NCBI RefSeq assembly: GCF_009834535.1
Contig: NC_045696.1
Coordinates: forward strand, 116,934,001 to 116,998,000
Direction: 5' to 3'
Origin: Camelus ferus
Lineage: Eukaryota
DNA: 64,000 bases
Notes under the pieces: generated by a model
Database searches by the model: none
What the model saw: the letters and a program-made list of their open reading frames with translations, nothing else
What the model was told of the DNA's origin: nothing
Part shown: one piece after another, positions 52,963 to 64,000 of the stretch
How the letters are laid out: the number at the start of each line of letters is the position of its first letter
Position numbering within the stretch: the stretch's first letter is position 1
Program-made: the position numbers and the translations under genes

Positions 52963-53100
52963 TTAGCTGTTCCTAGTCTCTGCAGTCTGAGAGCTCTTTG
53001 TTTTATCAGCAAGCACAGTGCAAGCAGTCTCTGAAGGGAAGCTGGAGCTGGAAAGGGTTGGGAAGAGAGAGATGGGCTGGTCATGGTCCTTCACATCTAC
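52963..53100 (-). CDS. Putative terminal coding exon of an unidentified gene (VDVKDHDQPISLFPTLSSSSFPSETACTVLADKTKSSQTAETRNS*)
   Basis: Acceptor atttctcatgttaacttgcag|GTA, then 45 open codons and TAA. Phase 0, in frame with exon 59803-59863. Confidence 0.55.
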   Translation of the reverse strand, partial: VDVKDHDQPISLFPTLSSSSFPSETACTVLADKTKSSQTAETRNS

Positions 53101-53828
53101 CTGCAAGTTAACATGAGAAATCTCTGCATGGTCCGTGGGTCTCACAAAGCCTCTGTCCACTTTAAGCTTTCACTTTCTTCTCTGCCCAAGTATTCAAATA
53201 TAGGGCAGGTATTTGTTTCATACGCTTGTGCTCATGTGTAGAACTTTCATTTAAGAGTTCAAAGCATTAAGCAATATATAAATATCACTCCCTCCCCAAA
53301 TAAATATTTCTACAAGAATTCCATATTTCTTAATGCAGTTAAAATCTAAAAGCTTAAAGGAAATATATATGTATTCAACGAGACCAGATTACAGAAGAAG
53401 CTGCAAGCAAAGCAAAAATCTGTCAAGCCCAACCAACTCATTTTAATAAAATAAGTAATAAAAACATGTCCTTAAAAAATGTGGACAGATGCTAAACCAG
53501 AATGAATGACAGGACACAGGCATAAGCCAGGACTGGCCCAGGCAAAACCAGGACATATGGTCACCCTCTTCATGACACTTATTTGACTTTCAGCCTTAAC
53601 TCAAGAAGGAGATATATCTATATATCTACATCTATATTTTTTTACCCACATCTCCCAATTCACTAATTGGTGCAGGAAATATGTTCACGAGGTTGATATT
53701 GTCAGTTTTTATCTTTAAGATTAGTGATGAATTCCTCAAACCCAAGGAATTGACCTCTCATTTTTTTTGTTAGTGTTATTTTGTTTTTAGAATAGAAAGG
53801 CATTTTAATGAATTGTTTTCAGGCTTAA

Positions 53829-53897
53829 AGGAAGGAAAGGAAGGAAGGAAGGAAGGAAGGAAGGAAGGAAGGAAGGAAGGAAGGGAGAAGGAAGGAA
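53829..53897. repeat. (GGAA)n microsatellite
   Basis: Directly visible. Confidence 0.95.
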
Positions 53898-53960
53898 TTA
53901 ACATTAAACAAATTAACATCCAATGGGTTTGATCTAAAAGGTAAAATCAATCAACTTGTT

Positions 53961-54092
53961 TTTATTTCTTAACTTTTGAGGGGAGAAGATAATTAGGTTT
54001 ATTTATTTTAATGGAGCTACTGGGGATTAAACCCAGGACATTGCACATGCTAAGCATGTGCTTTACCACTGAGCTATACCCTCCTGCCAAAG
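53961..54092 (-). mobile_element. Camelid vic-1-like SINE
   Basis: tRNA-Ala-like head; TSD caatcaacttgtt at 53948-53960 and 54093-54105. Confidence 0.9.
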
Positions 54093-57000
54093 CAATCAAC
54101 TTGTTATCCCCTGAATAACAATATAAGTGAAGCATTTAAAGAGAAAATAGAATGGAGCTTAGTGAAAAGAAAACCAATATTCTAATATGGGAGAGTTCAG
54201 ATATCCTGTCCTCATTTTGCCTTGGGCTGAGGACTCAGTATAATATTAGTGTGGATATGTCTTCAAGGCCCCAAGAGATTGCAGAATTAAGGTGTGTAGC
54301 CCAGGGGTATTGACATAAAAATTCAGATTTGAATAGGGCATCCACTAAGGACAAACTAAGAGGAACTGGGCTGTGTAGCAGCTGGTGGGGTGTTATATTA
54401 AAAAATGTTAAAAAGTTTATATTCAGTTACCTCCCCTCTGGTACTTACTACAATCCTTTAATATTGCTAAACCAAGTTTTCTTATCTGTAAAACAAACAT
54501 GCTACTATCCTCAGGGGAGAGGATGTTATGAGATGAAATAACATGATAGGGCATAATCAGCCCTTAAAAAATATTCATTGAATTTTAAGTGTTGAAAATG
54601 AATTAGATAGAAACAAACAATTATAGAGAAATAAAATAAACATATTGTGATAAAAATATTGTTAGCAGCCTATGAGTATCTAATATAAATTTTAAGAGAA
54701 TACCTGTGAATGATATTATATTTTCACTTACATACTTGAAAATATCCCAGTCATTCATTATGCTTAACCTAAGGGCACAAAGTTAACTAAATAGCACAAC
54801 TTTAAGGATAGAGTTTCACCAATGAAATTTCACTGTACAAGTAATGGTTTGGGGAACTTCATATCTCAAAGTGTTTTATTTTGGGGGTTTTTGTTTTTAA
54901 TTTATGGATCAGACCACTGTTACCATAATTTGACATTAGTACATAATGCAGGGTAAAACCAAGCCTGTAACAAAAATTAGTTGATAAAGATGAAGACTGA
55001 ATAGATACCACTTTAAAAGTTTAAAAAGCATAAGTAAACTGGAAAACGGCAATTCACTATCACACTGATTATACACTGACAATAAAGCATTCTTCCAGAA
55101 ATGGAAAAAAGTGGGAATTCCCAACTGTCTGTGTAATAAAAGCTTTGCAACTTTCCTGGGATGCCATATTGTTTAGATTTTCAGTAAATTTTAAAGACAT
55201 GCAAGTTTTTTTAGAATATAAAATTTTAGTAAACTTTATTTAATAGATTATTCATTTTTCTTATATCATCTTTAAAAATAAATATCTAAAAATAAAAATC
55301 TGTAAGTTAGGTGTGCTTACTATTTGATCTGGATATATTTTTGAACCACATTTAGCAATGTCTCAAGATCACGTTTTATGTCAAGCTGATCCTTGGGGCT
55401 TTTTCTTATTTTCTACTTTCATTTTTTTTCCTCACTCATTTCTCCACCCTTTTTTTGTTTTGTTTTATTTTTATGTGGAAAATAATATTAGTTTTAAACA
55501 GTTATTTGGTTTTTTAATCAGTTATTTGTACCTCTGAAAGCAGGCTCATATTAGTTTCTAGAATGATGTAGGGAATAAATTAATAAGCTTTTTTTTTAAA
55601 AAAAAATTAAAGCCCTAGTAGTTCAGAACAGGATATTATATTCTTCAGTTTCACAATAAAAGTGTGCACTTAGGCATTCACAGCACATGAGAGCTTATAG
55701 CAAGACAGTTTTAAAGGAGATCCCCCTCTGAACTTCTTCATTATTACCTGTGGCTCTAGATCATGAAATTAGCTGACTAAAACCCAGTTCATCAGAAGAG
55801 ACAGGACAACTCACTTTTTAAGTTGCAACAGTAATTTTATATCACACACTATCCTGCCTTATTACTACATCCATTTCTTGTCAACAAGACTCTCGGCGAC
55901 TTGCATATTTTACTGAATACAGCCTTATTTATGAGGCTGACACAGTTCTTTACAATTGGAAACGTTAGGTATCCATTGCTAAGGGATTTAAAAATATAAA
56001 TCTTTGTGTACATAATTTTTTATTTTATGTAAGTATATAAATACATATTATATGTACATGCATTGTTCCCAGAAACGAATGATGTAAGCACATTTCTGCT
56101 ACCTGAATTATATGAATAACAATTTTTATCCAGCAGCTACAAGAACTTTTAATATTGCAAGGTGAGAATACATATTTACACATTTGAGGGAGTGTTCTTT
56201 TATTAGATGATTGAAAAAGTTGCCTCTTAGGACGTGATGTCCTTTGTTTATCATGATTTATGTAATATTAGTGAATTGCATCTGTAATGAAGGTTTGTTT
56301 GTGCGTTGACAGTTGTGGAACTTAACTGTACTAAAATCGCCCTGTCAGATGAAAAAACAGCGGTTAGAACTTAGCTCAGTTCAACACATAACATGATTTA
56401 TTTCAACCTGATTAGTGATGAATAACTATCAGAATTTAGGTACTACTAGGATGACACAGCACAATGAATGGTAGAAATTAAATATTTGAGAAGACAGTAA
56501 AAACAGCCTTCATAATGTCAAGCTATCCCTTCCCACAGCATTTCCGATTTTCTGCCATAAACATGAGGCCTGCTAACAGGCAGATGGTCAGCCAGCCAGT
56601 CTCCATCACCTTGTCACCTGATCAGTGCCACCAACTGCTGATTTGAAGTTCTGGTGACGTTGGGCTTTTCCAAGTAGTGGCCTTGCTTGGAACCCCTCTC
56701 ATCCCATCTCTTTAAACAAGGGGCAGTCTTGGGGTCTCCTAGGGAGAATCTGGCACAAGAAAAGAAATCTCAGAAAGGCCCAACAGGCAGGGCTTGCAAC
56801 AGAATCTTTTGCTTTCAGTCTGAGTGCTTTGCTACAAAACAAAAACAACAAAAACCAAAACAAAAACAAAAAACCTAACTTTGTTACAAATAAACTATCT
56901 TAATTTAAAAAAAAAGCAAATGAACATTCTCTAACTTTCTGCCTTTCTAATATTTGATACAAGATATCAGGTGTGGCAGAATCTGCAAGGATAGAGGAAT

Positions 57001-59802
57001 GTGCAAACTGATTAAAAAAGAGCAGGATACAGGGAAGGTCTGAGCTGGAGAACCAAGAAGCAGGCAGATCTGATCTGATGACAAGACGGATGTCTCTGCA
57101 AAGATATGACTACTGCCAGAAGCCACCGGCATCAATGCTGAACCTTGCTTGCTATAATCATCATGGCTCCTAACTGACCCTTCTTTCCTGGGTCACTTGC
57201 TCCAGAATCAAAGCCTCAGGCTGCAGCATCTGATTGGCTGGGCTTGGGTTACATGCTATGCCCTGGCTCCTGGGGAATTACCAGGTAGATGGAATATCTG
57301 TCCCTGTCACTTTTGTAGGGAGAGGCAACAATGCATACCCCAATCTGATAAACTGTGCCCAAATACCAAGAGGGGACTGGACGCTCCACTGTCAAAGCAC
57401 AGAACAAATGCCCAGGGATGCCTGGGTGTTGAGACCAAAGAGAGGTTCTCTGCTGGGTATGGAGAAGAGATGGGGTTTCAACCCACCTCCAATGCACCTA
57501 CTTTGTCAGCATGATTGTACCTTGAAGAAGAGCCCTGGAAGAAGCAAGGGGGGAAAGCCTGTCGTGCCAGAGCCAAGATGTTCTGTGGCTGGATCCCTTC
57601 TTAAAAGGCAGAATATGGCGGGGAAGGGGAGCCTTTCCCAACCAGAGGAGGATGGAGCAGACTGGAGCCTTGGACCTGCAGGAGGTCTGGCAGCAGCCGT
57701 GGGTGGGTACCAGTAGGTGATGACAGCAGGGAAAAGGCATGGGGGTGGGGGTGGCGGCTCTCCAGGAACCTCACGCTGGCAAAAGAACATTTCAGTGCTC
57801 CGGAGCTCACGGCTGCGGAGGCTCAGGGAGACATCTGACTATAGGAGTGACGGGTATTTTCCCCTAAAACATATCACGTCTTACTAATTAAATTTACTAC
57901 TACCCTGAAAACTCCTTTTTGTGTAACTTTTTAAAAACAATTGGATAATCCCAACTCTTGGCAAAGCATTTCCTGACCGAAACCAACCCATGCTGTCTTC
58001 TCCATGATCTAAATTGGTTAAAACTCTTATCAGGCAATTGGTAAGACTTAAAACTTAAAAGCAGACACTGCCTGTGACCTTCTCTAATTGTTTCTGCCCC
58101 CAAAAGATCTGTCTTTTCAACCAGTTTGGGGGCCCTGTGAAGACACTGTACTGTCAGACTTTGAAATCCCCTAAGTCTAGAATAGGTGCTCAATAGATAC
58201 TGCTTTCATCGGGGGTTTACCCCAAGATGGAGTGGACAGAAGCCAGAAGGGAGATGGTCTGGGTGAAGCCTGTCACACAGGGGTCAGGGGATAGATACTC
58301 CATTCAACTGTCAACTTTTACTCCCTCAGCAATAAAAAAAGGGACAAAGATGATGAAGCTAAAAATTCCGTCACCAAGACTGAGCTCAGAATGTTATCAC
58401 GAGCTAATAAAAATACAGCAAAATGCTTGCAAACATACTACTTTTGAACACACACTATTAACTACTATTAGCATCAAACAAAAACAATTTCCCTGGCAGA
58501 ATTTCGAATACCATGGCAGGTTGTAGACAGAAGATATTTTTGGAAATAGAGTCCATTGTTGAATGCCTCCAAATATACCATATAGGGAGTCATAATTTTG
58601 CTTAAACTTCCTCTACTGTCGTTTCCGGTCCCGATGTGGCCGTGTAAGCCTGGGTCTGCACCTTATCCAGATTGCTCCACTGTCTCTTCACATCTCCCCC
58701 CTTCACAGTAACAGTACCTTATATTTATACAGCACTTTACAGTTTATAGAACACTTTCACACCTACTGTCTCATTTGATCATCTTTGCACACACACAAAC
58801 AAAAAACCACAAGAGAGAAGTGTTAACACTTAAAAAGCTCCCCTAAATGTTTGAAGCTCTGAAGGTAAAGTAAAATTTCTTCAGTGAGACAGCTCTTTCT
58901 TTGAGAAAACTTTTGCAACAGCGAAATCATCTCCAATACTTAGTACTCAAGACAACGACCTGAAAACTTTCAGGGCTAGTTTTACAACTTTTAAAATGTC
59001 TACCCCGAATTTAAATGGAATAACATCTGTAGCCCCCTGTACCTTCTACAGCACCTTATATTTACATAGCACTTTACAGTTTACAGAATATTTTCATATC
59101 TACCATCTCACTTCAATTTGCACACACACAAAGGTCAAGACGTGAGGCCAAAATCATGGCTTATTCATTCATCTTTGTATCTCTTGGGATGCAAAGTACC
59201 CGATACCTATGAGATATTAAATAAATGTTTACTGGATTAACTGTGAAGGAAGGGGATGAAGAAAAACAAGAAGTTAAGGGAAAGAATGACAGGACACAAA
59301 AACCAGGAAGATTAGTGTCCACGGAGATACAGAAAATTGCTATCATTTTTCTCTGAGCAGAAACTCCACTAAATTACATCAATATTCAATTCTCACATAT
59401 ATCCTTTGTGTTGAGCACTTGATTATAGGTTTCACAAAGAGGGGACTTATTAAATATTGGAATTGGGAGATGTTCTCTTTACTATTTTTAAAAATGGCAT
59501 ATGTTTGAGACTCAAAAACTTTCAGTCAAATAGGGAATGAAAATAATCCTTGCATGGGCTCAGCCTCAGCTCTCAAATTGACTCCTTCTCTCGTTACTGA
59601 TGTTTTAAAATGAGAGTGTTTCAGTGCCTCTGCAAATGAATCTTTCTAAAAGGTGATGTGGAAATCTTAAATCTTTTAGGACAATCAGTTGCTATCCTGC
59701 ACTTAAAACAGTAAAAAAAAAAGAAAAGCGAAGAAAAATGTTTGTAATCATACTTGGTTGGTTTAAAATTCCAGCAAGTTTGCAGACCATTTCTAAACAT
59801 AC

Positions 59803-59863
59803 CTGCTGCAAATATTTCAAACTGAAAGCAAGATAAGTAGTCCTCTCTTTTATTGGAACCAGA
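59803..59863 (-). CDS. Putative internal 61-nt coding exon ([S]LVPIKERTTYLAFSLKYLQQ)
   Basis: Acceptor tatttattttcactcag| and donor CAG|gtatgt. Open frame links the 62109-62137 and 52963-53100 exons. Confidence 0.6.
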
Positions 59864-60039
59864 CTGAGTGAAAATAAATATAGTGGTAACAGATTCAACC
59901 ACGAACCCAAGTCAACCCCATAGAAAATTGAAAAGAAATAACTTGGAAAAATATAATCAATTACTCAAAATGAATGCATCATCCGTTGACATAGAAACAC
60001 TTCATGTCAATAATAAAAGAGACTGTGGTTGTCTTTAAA

Positions 60040-61190
60040 TCAAGATGGAAGAGAGCTGAATGAACACTTCTCTTCACTCCCCAAACCCCTCTGAAAAGGA
60101 CAAATGAATACACAAATGTAAATGTAAAAGAGCATTGAACATTTGGAACAATTATGGATTTCCTGGAAGATCTAAAGCAGATGGGGATACATCAATGTCA
60201 AAATTCAACCACATTATCATTATCTTAACCAGAGAAGACTTTAAAAAACCCTAAGATAAGGACATTTCATGTAGAGGAATTGGACCTCAGGCAGTCAAGA
60301 GAAAAATTACAGCGTGTAGGACACCAATGAGAGTAACTGAGTCGTAAGGTGGATAACATTTTTTTTTTTTTTTTGGCTATCTGTAAAAAACAAAAACAAG
60401 AATGAGTACCTTCTATAAAAGTAGGAATTCTGACATGGAGGACTCCAACAATGGGCACAGGTACTAGAAATGCCAGACAAATTCCTAAGGTAAACATACC
60501 CTGGGGCACTCAAGGAAAGCTTGAGCTGGTTTCAGGTCAACAGCTTGCCCATTTTGTCTTCTGAACAATAACCAGAAGCCAAACTCTTGTCTTTAAAATG
60601 TGTCTTTACTGCCAAACAAACAAACAGGAAGATCATTCAGTCAGTGGGCATATACTGATGCTACCAAGGCTGTACAATCTGAGACCTGTAGAGAAAATCC
60701 AGTAACTTGAAAAAGAGGCAACAGCCTATGATCCCAAAGACAAATCTGAATAAACAGTTTAACCACAAAACAGGACAAAGATTAAAAACGAGTAGAGCTA
60801 ATGCCCTCAGAACTAATATCCAAGAGAATAGTGAGAAAAAAGCAAAAAAAAAAAAAAAAAGAATTTTAATTATACAGCACACATGACTTACTATAAAAAA
60901 GCATAAATACCAAAATTAAAATTAAAACAAAATAATAGAAGGCTAAGTAGCAGAGTGGACCCTGATCAAAACTGGGGACCCAGACTGAGCATGGGGACCT
61001 CCCTGCTGAATGCAGTTGACAAGAACTGGACAGCGTGAGAGATAAGTTACAAGACATAGAGATTAGCTGTAGATAGTCTAGCATTGATCCAGTAGGAGTT
61101 TTAGACAGAGGTAACAGAGAAGAAGAAATAACCAAAGGAAAAAATGTATCAATGCCATAGGAAAACTCCATAAAATCAAACCAACATATA
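60040..61190 (+). mobile_element. Old, highly decayed L1 5'/ORF1 region
   Basis: 'caagatgg' start and an A-rich ORF1-like segment ('aattaaaacaaaataatagaaggctaagtagcagagtggac...gtaggagttttagacagagg'). Confidence 0.45.
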
Positions 61191-61204
61191 AAGATAAGGA
61201 GACT

Positions 61205-61835
61205 ATGTCAAGGCCAAGCTGTGAGAGTAGGAAGACCCTGACCTCACCTCCTCACATGGGAACCAAAATCACAATTATTTACAGAGCAGCTACAGAAAGA
61301 AAAACCAGAGTCTAGCTGTAAAAGATCTTTTACAACTAAAGACATAAAGAAGGAACCACAACAAGACAGGTGTGATGGCAGAGTCATAGTATAGGCAGGA
61401 CCCATACCCTCAGGTGGGCAACCCAGAAATGAGAGTATAATTACAATTACAGAGGTTCTCCCCAAGGGGTGAGAGATCTGAGCCCCACGTCGGGCTCCCT
61501 AGCCGGGGGGTCCTGCACTGGGAAGACGAGACCCCAGAGCATTTGGCTTTAAGGCCGGTGCGCTTTCAGGAGATCCAGAGGGCTGAGGGATACAGAGACC
61601 ACTTTTAAAGAGCACACACACACACACACACACGCATACACGCTCCAGGACCCTGGACAGAGGCAGTAAATTAAAAGAAGCCTGGGTCAGACCCACCTGC
61701 TCATCTTAGAGAGCCTCCCAGAGAGGCAGGAGGCAACTGGAGCTCAACCTGGGGACACAGATCCTGGTGGCAGCCAATCTGGGGAGCTCTTTCTCCCACG
61801 TGGGCACTGGGGCCAGCAAGGGCCATTCTGGAGTC
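61205..61835 (+). mobile_element. L1 5'UTR without ORF1/ORF2
   Basis: 'gagtaggaagaccctgacctcacctcctcacatg...aaaagatcttttacaactaaagacataaagaaggaaccaca' is homologous to the 5'UTR at 33000-33648. Confidence 0.8.
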
Positions 61836-62108
61836 CTTGTTTCACATATTGTGAAAGGCAAACTATTGCCACATTGTCATCCCCACTGGTTACTTTAAGA
61901 AATGAGCTTATCCCCATTAGTGTCCTATTTTCTTCCACGTGAAAGCATTAGGCATCTTGTCTATGCAGCTAATATTTCTTTGGCTATAACTAAATTGGAT
62001 ACAACTTATTCCCTATAGGGCTATTCCACAGGGGGAAAAATCCTTTCAGAGAAGCCAGTTTTACATGTTTTATTTCTTTTACTTTCTCAAAAGTCAAATT
62101 AATCTCAC

Positions 62109-62137
62109 CTGCCTTGTTTACACTTTTTAAAACACTT
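62109..62137 (-). CDS. Putative 29-nt coding micro-exon (KCFKKCKQG[S])
   Basis: Strong acceptor ttttttttttaattcctgcag| and donor CAG|gtgaga. Its phase-2 end joins exon 59803-59863 in frame. Confidence 0.5.
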
Positions 62138-64000
62138 CTGCAGGAATTAAAAAAAAAATCCTTGATCTACCGAAGACAAGCAGCCTTGGCTAGCCAGGGG
62201 TGGGACTAGACTTAATGAAGCATCCATTCCATCTCTGCTGTTGGGCAGTGAGAGACAGAGATAGAGGATGAAAATGAACAAGAGAGAATTCATCACTACT
62301 ATAAAGGAACCATGGAACTTCTAACTAGGCTGTAGTGCTAGAACCTAAAACAATTTAGAACAGAAGGATCAAGACAAACAAATAGTACCCACAGACTACC
62401 CATGAGAAGGGCTATTCTGTGAGAGCATGTGACAAGGGTCCCAGGTTTCCTCTGACAACCAGAGAGAAGTAGATCTGTTACCAAGACAAACAGCTACTGA
62501 TACAATACGGAGGAAATGACTCAATTTTTCCTCTTAGAACTTCTGCAGGTGAAAAATAGAAGAAAGCATTTACTAGTTTCTTGAATCAATGGAAAACCTG
62601 TGAACACCAGCTTTAAAATGTTCACTTCACTACAGGACTTCCCAGAAATATTGATCCTGATGCCCCAAATTAAGTGTTCTTCTCAAGGCAAGCAAAGGTG
62701 TTTTTCCCTTCCTTAACTAAGCCATCTCTGCTGGCTCAAGTCAGTTTTGCCAAAAATCAACTAAATTATCACCAACATTTGTCAAATGTATCAACTCTTG
62801 TAAAGAATATGTCAATAAATTTAAAAATTATAGTCAACAACTACATACCCCCTTTTTTAGTCTGTTATGAAAACATCAGCATTAATTTTTTAATTCTATC
62901 AATTAAAATTTAAAATATCAGTACTTCATATGTGATGAAATTCATTTTGCCATTTTTTTTAGTTCTTTCACATTCTGTGCAATTTCATTTTTTTATATTT
63001 TAGGCTTTAAGTAAGTTTATTTCACCATTATTTCACCAAATGTCATATCAACCATAATTTGGTAATTACTACCAAAATAGTTAATATTCTAAATCAATTT
63101 ACTTGATTTGGAACATTTATAGGTAAAGTTATGTTTATGGTCATTGAAAATCAAATTTTACTCTAAATTTTGGTTGTATCTGAATATGAATGACACATTT
63201 CTGAATATTAAATATATTCATAGGAAAACTAAGTCATCCTATGACCTTTTAAAAAATACCTTTCAACCAAATAATTCTTTAAATTATTGCTATGAAGACA
63301 AAAATCCAATAGACTAAAATTCACAGAAATATTTAAAAACTATTAATATAGTCCTACAATATGAATTGCTATAAAATTTATAAATTTATAAATGATTAAA
63401 TAAGTTAAATCAATGCTATTTGAGAATTAAAAAGATCCTTTAAAAGACGTAAAATAAAAAGAGACATGAAAAGGAATTTAAAAGTGATTACCATAAGTGA
63501 AATAATTCCCATATGAAGTATTTGTTAGATTCATTAAAAATAGTAAATAAAACAATGTATTTATAAATGCAGTCATAAAAATTAAGCAATTCAGCAAATG
63601 AATATTCATTGGATATATTCAAGAAGAAATGGTAATTTCGATAAATTCTGCAAATCAGTCATCTAGCAAATAGTTTTGGGGGAACTGATGAGCATTTAAG
63701 CTTTCTTTCGGGTCTATCAGAGTGTTACCCACCAATGCATTTTAACTATTGAAATTTCTTCATCCTAACAGCTTTGATTTGGCTGACATCTGAAAATCCT
63801 TCACTTGCAAGATAAGCATGAAACGGGATATCCCATATCTAGGAATACGGTTAGCAATTTATTTAGTTACTCAAATACGTATATGGATTATGGCAAAGTC
63901 AAAAAGAAATGCTACCCATAGTCTGTGTAAAAAAACTTGTGGAATGCAGGTCAATTTTCTTCAAGAATTAGCTTTTTATTAAAAACAAATTTTAAAAATC

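Noticed and set aside
57197..57810. Cluster of overlapping 70-160 aa ORFs
   Set aside because: GC-rich, partly old LTR-like sequence, open on both strands with no homology or coherent splice structure.
63730..63840. Longer minus-strand exon ending at TTG|gtgggt
   Set aside because: Stops in all three frames; only a short version with a weak donor is open, so it is not listed as CDS.
1..64000. CRISPR arrays, rRNA, prokaryotic operons
   Set aside because: Mammalian nuclear DNA; no regularly spaced direct repeats or rRNA motifs seen.

Overview
Mammalian nuclear DNA, very likely camelid: it carries three TSD-flanked tRNA-Ala-derived vic-1-type SINEs and several camelid-type L1 3' ends. About 1-51 kb is repeat-rich intergenic sequence (L1, L2, MIR, MaLR/ERV solo LTRs, DNA-transposon MITEs). 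About 51-64 kb probably holds the last exons and 3'UTR of a minus-strand gene that I cannot name (exons 62109-62137, 59803-59863 and 52963-53100 join in one open frame). The standout object is a ~3.3-kb TSD-flanked insertion at 30379-33648. It is an ORF1-only ('half-L1'/HAL1-like) element whose 3' region carries antisense L1 ORF2 fragments. Those fragments show a dense, strand-asymmetric A-to-G pattern typical of ADAR hyper-editing, and the element carries a ~770-bp 3' transduction. Repeat family names and consensus comparisons come from recalled consensus sequences, not from a search; the ends of old repeats are approximate. Almost all ORF-track entries are spurious or repeat-derived.
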